A stretch of 64,000 nucleotides of DNA, taken from Octopus vulgaris (taxonomy: Eukaryota). The notes below the pieces were generated by a model. That model was not told the DNA's origin and searched no databases. It worked only from the letters and a program-made list of their open reading frames with translations. A program made the position numbers and the translations under genes. Location of the stretch: contig OX597817.1 of assembly GCA_951406725.2 (NCBI GenBank), positions 25,358,001-25,422,000 on the forward strand. Direction: 5' to 3'. Of the stretch, positions 27,021-39,350 are shown one piece after another (positions within the stretch are counted from its first letter, which is position 1; the number at the start of each line of letters is the position of its first letter).

Positions 27021-28308
27021 TTTCCGTAGAACTTGCTTATTCATTAAATCTAAGATTTATGGATTATATTTTGGTATTTTTGAGAACCTTGATACTTTTA
27101 ATACATATAATTGATCGTATTTAAGCCACTTTTGCCTACCCTTAGTTCTAATGACATGTACCGATGTCTGCAATGTTATATAATTTACATGTTATATAAT
27201 TCAAATTAATAACTTTATTCAGTTTGCTTCTAGCCTTAGGTGATATTTCCATAATATTTGCATTATCCTCCCTAGTTCTGGCCTTTATAATTTATTATAA
27301 TCCTACGAATACTTCTAACAATTATTAACATTTATGACCTTTGTCATTCTTTATATCTTACAAATAATTTAAACATTTTCTTAATACTCCACGTAATTCT
27401 AATTATTATATTAGTGATCTAACCTATGTATCAAATCTATGATATCAATTAATCTACTTTATTCTCAATAATTTTATGACAATATTGTTAATAGAAAGGA
27501 ACGATTCACGGTTTTATCGCATTTATAAATTTGTATGTTTGTCATCACTGATTATTGCCTATACTACTTTCATTAGTCTAGTAGACACAATTATTTGCTT
27601 ACGCCAATATCGCCTTCTCGTCAGTATGTCGACCACATTGTTTATTTGATTTCTATTTAAGCATATAAAAATTCATTGATAACACTGTGATTACGGCTAT
27701 ATCCCCCTATATATTAGTTAAATTTGTTGCTTTTTCCTTTTCCTTCCCTCTCTTCCTTTTCTTTCCCTCTCATCTAATATTTTGCTGAAACTTCGGTATT
27801 CTATGCGTTTTTCGTTTAACCATTTTCTTTATTAACTGGATCTCCCTTAGTCAAAGCTAAAATTGTATTAGTTTTGATATAATTAATCGGAGCACTTTAA
27901 TCAAGATGAATTGAATAACTGAATTAGTAATGTTCGAATTTATTAGCTACATTCCCCCGTAATATACGACACAACATAACACAGTAAATGTTTTTTTAGG
28001 GAAACTTCAGCATCTATTGGAAAATATGTTTTGACAGGGTCAAATGTCATGCATCGCATCTGCAATCAGCTGATATACAAAACTATTTTACCAGTACCGG
28101 TCTTGATGAGAAAGTTTACTAAGTTTCATGACATCTTTTGAATAAAAGAACCCTTTAACTATTCCTTAATTTACAACCTCATTCTGCAATCCACCTATCT
28201 GATGGAGAGATTGTAGTCCTGATCAATTTGATAAACCTGATTATAAATTTCCTTTGTTGATGATGACAAGCAATGGTATGCTGATTAATCAACTCCCCGC
28301 TTGATTAT

Positions 28309-28409
28309 TTGGTAAGTCTGATGAACTGAGTGTAGCATGATGCATACCTGACTGTACCATGCTTATATCACAATAAAGACTCGTAACGAAACAACAGTAT
28401 CAATACCAG
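28309..28409 (+). ncRNA. Hammerhead, right arm of the foldback
   Basis: TGGTAAGT-CTGATGA-ACTGAGT...ACTCGTAAC-GAAAC-AACA-GTA-TCAATACCAG; core intact, stems eroded. Confidence 0.6.
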
Positions 28410-28643
28410 ATAACGCATAAATGTGTTTTTTATTGCTTTTTATTCCGCGTTTAAGGTTTTGGTAACCTTTGGATACTTTTGGATTTCATTGGAGTTGTGG
28501 ATAATCAAAGAAGATTGAGCATTCATTCATTTATGCATTCAGTGGTATGTTAATGGATTGGCGCCATTCTGTCGGTGCTTAATTTGAAATGCCTGGATCA
28601 TTTCTGGAACATTTTAATCAAATTCCTGTCTCTCTCTCTCTAT

Positions 28644-28720
<77 letters not shown>

Positions 28721-28768
28721 GATAGATGCATATATATATATATACATACATACATACACATATATACA

Positions 28769-28829
<61 letters not shown>

Positions 28830-29256
28830 ATAAATACATGTGTATGCATATATACATATATATATATAATAAACAAAAAATAGGATAATTATCTTCTACA
28901 GTACAACTAATTAGCATTCTAATCGAACATCAGGAATATAAAACCAAAAAGGACAAAATAAATTTCAGAAGTCAGTGTTCTTAATCATTCAATATATTTC
29001 ATAGCATCGGAATACTTGGCAGCATACATAGGTGCACTCATGTTATATAACAATATATATATGACATAACAACATATAAATATATATATACATATAAATC
29101 ATAAATGCACTTGCATGAGGTCTTCTGAGGTAGTATATCTGTATTAGAAGTCAATGAGGATATTAAAAGATGCACATGGGGAATGTAAAGTGGTAATCCA
29201 AATAGATGAAATGACGGTATAAGATGATTTTAAGAAGAATCTTCAGTGGGTACAAA

Positions 29257-29344
29257 GTCTTACGGCCGTTTCGAGAATATGTAGATTGAGATGGGCGAAT
29301 TATTTTCGACCATAACAATCATCTATATTTCTCTCATCAGAGGT
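29257..29344 (-). ncRNA. Hammerhead ribozyme in the Penelope 3' pLTR
   Basis: CT-CTGATGA-GAGAA..TAGAT..TG/CA.ATCTA..TTCTC-GAAA-CGGCCG-TA-AG; intact core, long stem II, palindromic ACGGCCGT, short stem I. Confidence 0.8.
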
Positions 29345-29584
29345 AATTTAAGAACATTTACAAAAGGATTAATTTTAAAAGTTTAATTTAAAAAGTTAGA
29401 ATTTTTTAAGAATTTTTAAAATTCGAATGCTATAAAGAAAGAACATCTTGTTCGGGCGAATGATATATAATAAAAGCTTAGTTTACATGTTTAAATAGAT
29501 TATGAATCTATTGATAGTAGTGTTTTAAGATCAGTCCAAATGTACAAAGGGCAAATAGATTAAAATCATATAAACTAATTTTTA

Positions 29585-30700
29585 TTAAAAAAGTTTAAAA
29601 GTTGATAAATATTTATGTCTACAAAAAATTATGACATCCGAAATCTTATTAAATAAAATTTTTTTAGCAGTGCCGAGTATATAGATTGATTCTTTCATGC
29701 ATAATTTACAATTTCTAGTATGTGTATTGTACGGTGTGGCTTCCGTTACAATAGACCAATTCAGACTGAATACTTTATTACGCATTTTTAATATATTAAT
29801 GTGGGTAGCTAGTGCGGTTTAGCTTTTTGTTTCTTGATTAGTAAGTGAATATGTGGTCCCCCTATATCTAGTCTTAAAATCAGTCGTACTTCCTATGTAT
29901 ATCTTCTTTGATTCATTCAAGGCTGTAACCTCAAGTTTATACACGATATTTCTCTTTAAATAGAATCCCTTTAAGGGAGATAAACCCCCGCTACGGCAAT
30001 TACATGTTTTATTTCCGTGCTTCGTCTTTATATTTTTTATGTCTGTATTCTTATTATTATTCATATTGATGCCAGTTATATTGTCATCTCTATCGATACC
30101 ATTATTCCTAAGTATTAATCTATTATTGGCCGCAATTATAGATCCTAGATTTGGCGTGGTTGAATACGATAATTTAAGGCGGTATCTATTAAAAATGGGA
30201 TGATATTTATGGCTCAAAGGGAAATTCTTGTCAATAATTCTAAAACATAATTTAGGGAGATTAATGCCTTGGAGGGCAAAAGGTAGGGTTAACCAGATAA
30301 TTTTCCGTTTCCTCGCTGAATTGTTCCTAAACTGCCCAGTATAATAATTATTATAATTAAATGAATTATGGTGTCTTCTATTATGGTGACGATCCTGATG
30401 CTCGGGAGGGTTGTTCACGGAAGGGGCATTGATATTTAATTTCGCAAGATCTTAAAAACATTTACTGAATTTTATTTTTAAATATTGTATTCTTAATATA
30501 ATATATCTTCCTCTCAAATCCATCCTTCTTTATTGTTATACTGTAAAAGGGTGCAAAGTTATAAAAAATCATTTCATTTGCAGATAAGTTTGAGATTCTT
30601 ATCGACACCCTTTTCACAACCCACGTAATGACACTTTGGGGATGGTTGGACAAGGTGTGGATATAATTAATGGTTTTATTAAGCTTATGGAATGCCTAAT
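29585..30700 (-). pseudogene. Penelope RT thumb plus GIY-YIG endonuclease, frameshifted
   Basis: SNHPQSV..RISNLSANE; IIWLTLPF..IDKNFPLSHKYHPIFNR..KLSYSTTPNLGSII; CNCR; IVYK..IYIGSTTDFKTRY; WSIV..PYN..CKLC.KE..CRH. Confidence 0.92.
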
Positions 30701-30865
30701 ATTGATTTCTAATACGGATATACTACCTCATAAGATTTCATGCGAGTACATTTATGAGTTATATGTGTATATATATTTATATATTGTTATGTCATATACA
30801 TACATACACACATACATACATACATACATACAGACAGACAGATAGACAGACAGACAGACAGACAT

Positions 30866-30932
<67 letters not shown>

Positions 30933-31034
30933 TGAGTGCACCTATGTTCGCTGCGAAGTATTCCGATGCTGTAAAATATATTGAGTGATTACGAACTCTG
31001 ATTTCTGAAATTTATTCTCTCCTTTTTGATCTGA

Positions 31035-31125
<91 letters not shown>

Positions 31126-31230
31126 TTATCTATCTATCGGAGAAGTGGAGATTTCATATTTGCACAACCGGTGCAAATTCTTCATGGTTGAAAACGTTGC
31201 ATGCTTTTTTACTCAACCTGATATATTGCA

Positions 31231-31575
31231 TCGTTACGCGCGTTTCTACAAATTGCGTGTCTCTTAAGATCCCAGTTATTACTCCTGGAATGGTTACAAT
31301 GTAGTCCGTAGTATCTGTGGGCATCGGGTAGATCATCGTAGATTAATTTCTTCAGGCGATATAACATTAAAGGATGTTTAACTGAGGAATGTTTAATCCC
31401 TTTTGACCCATGAGGATGACAACCTTCAGGTAATCATCCATTATTGTTATATCCCCTGAAGAAATGAAATCATGAAGATGATCTACCAGATGCCTACGGA
31501 TTACACTGTAACCATTCTAAGAGTACAGACTATCATCTTAAGTGACACGTGATTTGTGGATAGGCGTGTAGTGAC
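31231..31575. repeat. About 345-bp imperfect palindrome (foldback/MITE-like)
   Basis: GAATGGTTACA/TGTAACCATTC, GGTAGATCATC/GATGATCTACC, ATTTCTTCAGG/CCTGAAGAAAT, GATATAACA/TGTTATATC; centre near 31405. Confidence 0.85.
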
Positions 31576-31794
31576 CTATTAAATGTTCATAAATTCCATC
31601 GATGGATTATTGTTATTAATACTATGCTTATCTTATATTATATCGATACAGCATCATGCAACCACAAACAAAAACAAGTTTACTAGTCACATCATTACAC
31701 TGTGGCCAACATAATAGACTAGGAGTTTTATTTGCATATTCAAAAGATTTCCTGTCAGAAAATTTTATATATATACATACATATATACATACAT

Positions 31795-31847
<53 letters not shown>

Positions 31848-31857
31848 GGAGTAAAAA

Positions 31858-31895
31858 CTGTCTGATGAACGGCAACGAGAAATTCAGAGTAACAG
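31858..31895 (+). ncRNA. Compact minimal hammerhead
   Basis: CTGT-CTGATGA-ACG-GCAA-CGA-GAAA-TTCAGAG-TA-ACAG; 4-bp stem I, GNRA-capped stem II with one mismatch. Confidence 0.7.
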
Positions 31896-31924
31896 ATTTT
31901 GTTGAATTTTCTGCTGCTTTAAAT

Positions 31925-32010
<86 letters not shown>

Positions 32011-32011
32011 G

Positions 32012-32042
<31 letters not shown>

Positions 32043-32430
32043 TTAGGGAATAAATCCAAACTTACATTTTTGTATTTTGTAATATTTTGTAATTAGCTAT
32101 TTCATCTTTAAATATGAGAAATTAAATATATTAGGTTTTCATTATTTACTATAGTTTATAGAGATTTTAGATTTTGATTATAATATTTATATATTTTTTC
32201 ATTGATAATTTATAGATATTAGTAATTTCAAATATCTATATAAGTAGATATAGACTAAAATGGATATTAGAATATGGATTTTCTACCTTATAAATTAAAG
32301 TTAATATTTAACATTATAGTCGATTTCGATATAATCATATTTAATAATAGAGTTTATTATAAGTAAATTATTTTTAGATTATATAGATTATTTATATCTT
32401 AAAAATATTGATTATATTTTAGATCTGAAA

Positions 32431-32499
32431 CCACCTGAAGAATGTCTACTACTCAAAGATGTGATGAAAAGAAAAGAAGACATGAAACGATCGTAGTGG
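32431..32499 (+). ncRNA. Minimal type I hammerhead ribozyme, intact
   Basis: CCAC-CTGAAGA-ATGTCT...AGACAT-GAAA-CGATCG-TA-GTGG; predicted cleavage after A32495; lies at the end of an AT-rich pLTR-like tract. Confidence 0.85.
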
Positions 32500-32603
32500 A
32501 TATTAATAATTGTTAAATTACTAAATAATATAAATTAATTTATGTATTGGATTAAGTCTTTCTTTGTTTGACTTGCATAATAGTGGTTTTGTCTCTAATT
32601 TAC

Positions 32604-32777
32604 GTAAAAAGCACCCACTACACTCACGGAGTGGTTGGCGTTAGGAAGGGCATCCAGCCGTAGAAACACTGCCAGATCTGACTGGGCCTGATGAAGCCTT
32701 CCAGCTTCACAGACCCCAGTTGAACCGTCCAACCCATGCTAGCATGGAGAACGGACGCTAAATGATGATGATGATGA

Positions 32778-32780
<3 letters not shown>
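32604..32780 (+). mobile_element. RTE-type LINE 3' end with (GAT)n tail
   Basis: GGTTGGCGTTAGGAAGGGCATCCAGC...GGACGCTAAATGATGATG, the same 3' UTR as 52431-53205. Confidence 0.85.
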
Positions 32781-32821
<41 letters not shown>

Positions 32822-32851
32822 ATATATACATACATACCTATATACATACAT

Positions 32852-32892
<41 letters not shown>

Positions 32893-33151
32893 TTTCTACT
32901 TCTGAGTACTTCAGCTGTGACTACATGTGTATTGTTGGTGATTCTTTTCCTTCGTTGAACTTTTCCCTTTTACCGTGTGTCTAGCTAATACGTTTCTTAT
33001 GTACGTCCTCATGTTGTCTGTTTTTGTTCGTTTATTTGGATTGTTCATTTATTCGAATACATACATATATATACACACACACACACATACATACACACAC
33101 ACATACATACATACATACATACATACATACATACATACATACATACATACA

Positions 33152-33184
<33 letters not shown>

Positions 33185-33185
33185 G

Positions 33186-33740
33186 GATGGAGACTGCATC
33201 CATGAAATAAATACAAGAATCTCAAAGCCAAGCGATCATTCGGTATGTTAAACTCAATATGGAAATCTTCAGTACTCAGCAAGGGCACCAAAATGCGATT
33301 TTACAATAGCAACATACTTAGCATCCTCCTCTAAGGATCCGAATGTTGGAAAACAACCAAATGTCTTGAAAACAAATTGGAGGTGTTTCAAGATAAAAGT
33401 TTACGAAATATTATGAAGATTATCTCGAATAGCCAATTATATACCGAGGCTAACGTGAAACCAGTACGAGAAACTATTGAAGCAAGGAGATGGAAATGAC
33501 TGGGTCGAGTTTGTCGCTATAAACCGAACTCAATTGTCAGGATCGCTTTGCAATGGGTTTCACAATGTAAAAGAAGACGTGACTGACCAATGGAAATGTG
33601 GCGGAGAACAATAACAAAAGATCTTAAAAGAAGTGGGTTAACAAGAGAACAAACTGTCAAGGACGCTTTCAGTGTTAGAAGGTGGAATGATCTTGTCGCC
33701 TCAAGTGCTACAATGTACACTGAAAATCGAATGACTGAAT
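33186..33740 (+). mobile_element. RTE-clade LINE, C-terminal ORF fragment
   Basis: [70 protein letters not shown]. Confidence 0.88.
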
Positions 33741-34296
33741 TAATATATTTATATTCTCTCACATACATACAGATATACATATATCTACATACGTAATGTG
33801 TAAATATAGGTAAATGATAGAAACTGAAATAAACTACATTCTTTATTCAAAATCACTACGATTATTTCAACACCATTTTACGCTTGTAGTACATTGGGGA
33901 GGTGTCTAATCATTATCATAAACCCAAAGAGGTAAAATTTGCCTCTTCGCACGATTGTTTAAATAAGTCCTTTGTTGAATCCTATCACTTCGCTCATGTG
34001 AAAATATATACCTAAAACGATGTGTCATTTTCAGCCGTTTACAGATGAAATTAAACCCATAGATACAGTGACAGACAAAATATGCTTATAATCAAATTGG
34101 AAAATGTGGAAATAAAGAAATAGACAGAAAAAGGATCAATGTGTCTATGAATTACAATTCTATCTTCATGACTAGATTATAAGGAAGAAAATGTAAAATA
34201 GGATCAAGAAGAAATCGAAGGAGAAACTAAACATGTCGAGATAATAAAGTGATACAGAGGTGAAAAAGGACTATTTCAGTACTTATCAATATTTCT

Positions 34297-34530
34297 TATT
34301 TCTTTATTGCTCACAAGGGGCTAAACATAAAGGGGACAAACAAGGACAGACAAAGGGATTAAGTCAATTACATCGACCCCAGTGCGTGACTGGTACTTAA
34401 TTTATCGACCTCGAAAGGATGAAAGGCAAAGTCAACCTCGGTGGAATTTGAACTCAAAACGTAACGGCAGACGAAATACCTCTAAGCATTTTGCCCGGCG
34501 TGCTAACGTTTCTGTCAGCTCGCCGCCTTA
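34297..34530 (-). mobile_element. SINE family A, full length
   Basis: 14-bp TSD TTATCAATATTTCT at 34283-34296 and 34532-34545. Confidence 0.92.
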
Positions 34531-34924
34531 ATTATCAATATTTCTGTTTTCTATGAAGGATTTAAATTCCTCTCTGTCTTTCCTGACAAAGACAGTGGGT
34601 AACAGGTGGTAATTTACTCTCAAAGCAGCATCTATTTAAAGTTAATTTAAGGTTTCTTTACCCTAACCCCACTATACATATTTTCCATATATCACCTTAC
34701 GAGGTAGTGTATATTATTTTATATATACATATATACATATATACACACACACAGACACACACACACGTGTATATGCTTCTTACTAACATTCTTATTATTT
34801 TCCTGTTAAAACTATTGAAATAGTAAGAATAATAGTAAAATACATAAATGCGCGTATATATAAATAGAGATATAGGCATGTGCGTGTGTGTATAAGACTT
34901 AAAGAATGGAGTGGTTAAGATCCA

Positions 34925-35010
34925 GGCTACATATGATTCATAGTGAGCAGAACATCTTGGAAGTGGTAAATATATAAATAAGATATATACCACAGGTTAC
35001 TCATCAGACC
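34925..35010 (-). ncRNA. Degenerate hammerhead
   Basis: GGT-CTGATGA...GTGGTA/TACCAC hairpin...GAAT-CATATG-TA-GCC (A15.1 mutated). Confidence 0.5.
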
Positions 35011-36056
35011 ACGTGTATCTTGATTAAATGGAGCTTTACATTGTTGCGAGGAGGTTTATGTTAACCCTTAACTCTTGTATTCTTATTCACATAACCAGCA
35101 ACATTGGTTGCCTGCTGTGACATATAAAAAGAATTTGTTTCAGTTTATCGTCTACAAGGTATGTGAAAGTATGTGTTATTCAGTGTTCTTTCAGAAACAA
35201 ACGATGATTGATGTCATCCCAAAAGACAACCATGAGATAACATTGACAAGTGTCTTAATTTGATTTACCATCCATATTCTATGTTTTGTTAAAGATAATT
35301 ATTACAATCACACACACCTACTCAAACATAAACATATACAAATTCATTAGAGAAAATAATTATTGCCTGAGTGTATCAAGAATATAAAACGAATGTAGTT
35401 GAAAGGTATATTATAAATACACATCTTAATTTAACAGTTTATACCTGTCCCTAATTTACTTATATCAAGAAATTGTTACCCAGTGTTCTTTCAACGAATA
35501 TAAAACAACTGCAGTTGAAAAGGATATTACAAACACAAATTTAGCAGCTCATACATGTGCCAAATTCATTTATATTAAAAAATTTATGTAATAAATTTTG
35601 GAGAGAGAATTTTTACATCAACTATAAGTTACAGATTGCATTTTGTGGCTTTAAGTTGTATGAGCTTTGGTTGGTTTCAGTAATGGAGAGCACAATTGAA
35701 AGAAAACTCAGCTTTGAAAACGCCAGTATTTACTGCCAGCTCCTCTATTTAGTCATGGCTAGCTTTATGTGGCCTTAAGTCGTACAAAAATGAAAGAAAA
35801 CTTTAAAATTCTTTTGAAGGAAACAAGCAGTCAAGGGATGTTAGTTGTGGATAGATTTTTCCCAAAATAATTGATAATGAAATAATTATTGAATTAAAAA
35901 CTTGATTTTGTGCCTTATTGATGTATAAAATACTACAATTAGCTGTCATTTCTGACGGCACGGAGTCAGTTAGTATATATATATATATTCAATATGTGAC
36001 CGCATGTGTATCGTAGGCGATTTTCTTTCTCCGTCTTCCCCTCCTTTTTCTATGCC

Positions 36057-36087
36057 TTTGACGAAGAGCTCAGCTCGAAACGTTAAA
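36057..36087 (+). ncRNA. Minimal hammerhead-like motif in a pLTR-like repeat
   Basis: TTGACGA-A-GAGC-TCA-GCTC-GAAA-CG-TT; stem I is poor. Confidence 0.5.
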
Positions 36088-36217
36088 TCCTCCTTCTTTC
36101 TTTCCTTTCCTGAGCGTCCAATAACACTATATTTGTTCCAAGTCCTCGCGTTGTTATGTTTCTCTTTGTTCATGTTTGGATTAACTATATATATATATAT
36201 ATACATACATACATACA

Positions 36218-36292
<75 letters not shown>

Positions 36293-36584
36293 TTCATATA
36301 TGACAGCAGTACCTTATTGAGTTTTCCAGGACTTATATCAAATCAGCACTTTTACTTGTTGTTTCATAGTATTTCGGTGCTTTTTTTTACATCCAATATT
36401 AAATAATGTCATCTATTCCATTTTCTAATATTTATCTGTTTATATAAACTCTACAAATACTATGGAATTCTCGAAGTATATCCAGTTGGAGGAGCATTTC
36501 CACTGCAATATGATATCAATTAACCAATGACTGTAGAGGAGCTTTGCATAGCATTGTACAAAGTTTTTACCCAAATCTTATTTT

Positions 36585-36857
36585 TAAAAAAAATTAATAA
36601 ATGCGCCCTTTTAAAGCCTAACCAAGCTCATTGGCCCTGTTTCCCGGTTTCAATGGCGTATGTGTTTCCCAGCTGTATAGGACACCAGTCCATCAGTCCA
36701 TCGCTGTGTTATTCTTTTTTGCCAGCTGAATGGACTGGAGCAACATGAAATTATGTGTTTTGCTCAAGAACACAATGCGTCGCCCAGTACAGGAATCGAA
36801 ACCACAATCATACGATCATGGTGCTGACACCCTAACCACTAAGCCACGTGCATCCAC
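36585..36857 (-). mobile_element. SINE family C
   Basis: Matches 8769-9030; CAAATCT.ATTT flanks both sides. Confidence 0.88.
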
Positions 36858-36949
36858 AAATCTCATTTAATTATATGTAAATATATGTGTGTGTGTGTGT
36901 GTGTGTGTCCTTTACAGGTGTCAGTGTCATATAAAATGCACTGAAGTCG

Positions 36950-37135
36950 CTGGCACGTAAAAAGCACCCGACACCCTCTGTAAAGTAGTTGACGTAAGGA
37001 AGGGCATCCAGCTGTAGAAAGCATGCATGCCACAACAGACAATTTGCAGTCTAGACAGCTACCCAGCTGCCCAGATCCTGTAAAATTGTCCAACACATAC
37101 CAGCATGCAAAACGGACGTTCAGTGATGATGGTGA
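36950..37135 (+). mobile_element. Diverged RTE-type 3' end
   Basis: TGGCACGTAAAAAGCACC...AGGAAGGGCATCCAGC...GATGATG. Confidence 0.75.
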
Positions 37136-37399
37136 TGTGTGTGTGTGTGTTTGTCTGTGAGTCTAAGGATATATCTGTGCAGAGTGTGCAGGTATTCATC
37201 TGTGCATATGCTTGCGTATGTAGAAGGTTGTAACACAAGATACTTGACATACGTTTTGTTTCTTTTTATTTCTTGTAAAGCTTCAGAGTGAGTATATTAA
37301 TATATTTGATAATACTGTTTATGTTTTAAAATATAAATGACAATTTGCGAAATGAATGATGAGTTAGGTGGAACTTAATAGAAAATTATATTCCCATGG

Positions 37400-37621
37400 C
37401 AACACAAGTGTATGAGCATACATACTCAGAAATATGTATTTATGTATGCATATACGTATGTGTATGATTGTATGTGTCAATGTATGTATTTAGGCAATGT
37501 ATGCATATATATATATATATATATATTTATTTATACATGCACACACACACATACTTATATATATATATTTGTATGTAGGTATTCGCATATATATATAAAT
37601 GTATATGTATGTATATATATG

Positions 37622-37653
<32 letters not shown>

Positions 37654-37780
37654 TATATATATACACACACACACATACATTCATATATAGACTATATACA
37701 TACGCATTCATGTGCATATATATATGTGTATCTATACACATCATGTATATATATATATGTATGTATGTATATACACATCC

Positions 37781-37841
<61 letters not shown>

Positions 37842-37930
37842 CTCCTCTCTCTCTCTCTCCACACACACACAATATATATTTATATAAGTTTGTATGTATA
37901 TACGCACGCACAGACGCATAAGTATATATT
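37400..37930. repeat. (TA)/(TG)/(CA) simple-repeat field
   Basis: Seen directly. Confidence 0.95.
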
Positions 37931-38307
37931 CCTGCAGAAGAGTCTATGTATGTCCGAGTGTGTGTATTTGCGTTTGTGCGATTAGTTGTGTACATGAGTG
38001 TAGAACCGAAATGCATATATTAATTCTTGACAGATCTATAATAAATTGGAAAAGTGAATTAGTAAATAAAAAGAACCCCATAATCAATATAAGGAATATA
38101 AAGTGTATCTAATTTGCCTATTGAACACTCTATTAGCAAAATTGACAGTCCCACCTCTCTTCCAGTAACAGTTATAGCCATAGGGGTGGACATTACTGAA
38201 TAGTTTTAAAATTATTTATTTGTTGACGTTTTATTCTTACTTCATTTTTTTTTTGTTTTTTTTTTTAATGTTTTTTTTTTTATTTTTCGTGTGTGTGGTT
38301 CTTTTAG

Positions 38308-38562
38308 TTACAAAGATCAATAATACCAACACTGTCTCCTCGTCAAGAAAACAATCACCACCACCCCCATCACCACCATCATCGGTATCCTCCTCCCATC
38401 TCCCATCCTCCTCCTCCTCCTCCATCATCATCATCATCACCATCATTATTAACAGCAGCAGCAGTAGTACAGTATTATCTTAGATTTTATTGCCATAACT
38501 CATGTTATGTTGGGAGTATTCTGTTCATATTTTGCAGCATTGTTGAACTTTACATCCTTTAA
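38308..38562 (+). CDS. Possible terminal exon encoding a His/Pro/Ser-rich peptide (unverified)
   Basis: Long T-rich tract and TTCTTTTAG acceptor, then 84 open codons LQRSIIPTLSPRQENNHHHPHHHHHRYPPP...IVELYIL*; could be chance in low-complexity DNA. Confidence 0.2.
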   Translation, partial: LQRSIIPTLSPRQENNHHHPHHHHHRYPPPISHPPPPPPSSSSSPSLLTAAAVVQYYLRFYCHNSCYVGSILFIFCSIVELYIL

Positions 38563-38944
38563 TTCATAATTTACTCTCTTCCTAGTTTCTGCCATTAGAC
38601 CGAGGTTATACATTATACAGGATTTGAACTCAGAGCACAAAGTGTCAGAACAAATACTGCAAGATATTTGCTCAAAATAAAAGAAGAAATTTCTGTAACA
38701 GCATGCGCAATTTTAAATGGCCACTACAACTCTTCCATAATACTATTGATTCTACATAGACTGAGGCTATACCAGTGTACCACCTTTAAGGGAACTTAGT
38801 CGATTCTGTAGTCTCCACTGTGGTGTTTATTTTATTGATCTTGGGGAAATGTTAACTTGGGCCTAAATGGATGTAACTTAAACATCGCCAAATACCGCAA
38901 GATGTTATGCATGTGGTTCACCGATACATCTAACCCTCATTCAT

Positions 38945-39350
38945 ATATATATATGTGTGTGTGTGTGTGATGTGCATGTGGTGTGTACATCTGTGTGTGC
39001 ATGTGTGTGTGTGCACGTGTGTGTGTGTATATATATATATATATATGTGTGTGTGTATGTGTTTGTATATATATATGTGTGTGTGTATGTGTTTGTATAT
39101 ATATATGTGTGTGTGTGTTGTGTTTGTATATATATATGTGTGTATGTATGTGTTTGTATATATATATATATGTGTTTGTATATATATATGTGTGTGTGTA
39201 TGTATTTGTATATATATATGTGTGTGCGTATGTGTTTGTATATATATATATATGTGTGTGTGTGTGTTTGTATATATATATATATGTGTGTGTGTGTATG
39301 TGTTTGTATATATATATGTATATAAATGTATGTGAGTGTGTGTGTGTGTC
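38945..39350. repeat. Higher-order minisatellite, about 28-32-bp unit TGTGTTTG(TA)n(TG)n
   Basis: About nine recurrences of TTTGTATATATATA. Confidence 0.9.

Larger units (their letters stand above)
24950..28415. mobile_element. Penelope-derived 3.5-kb foldback with inverted arms at about 24950-26350 and 27120-28415
   Basis: Colinear reverse-complement matches throughout (e.g. AAATCAAATAAACAATGTTGTCGAC, GCATGACATTTG, TTCAAAAGATGTCAT, GAACTAGGGAG, TTAGAACTAAG); HHR at both outer ends and a GIY-YIG remnant inside. Confidence 0.85.
28936..31037 (-). mobile_element. 5'-truncated Penelope-like element (Naiad-like) with inverted terminal segments 28936-29155 and 30701-31037
   Basis: Coding remnant plus a 3' HHR; ends are reverse complements (AGCATCGGAATACTT..CATAGGTGCACTCAT and TGAGGTAGTATATC.GTATTAGAA.TCAAT). 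Confidence 0.9.

Noticed and set aside
29950-30010. Selenocysteine recoding, as reported for some Naiad elements
   Set aside because: The altered Cys positions are TCT and TAT, not in-frame TGA; stops elsewhere fit ordinary decay.
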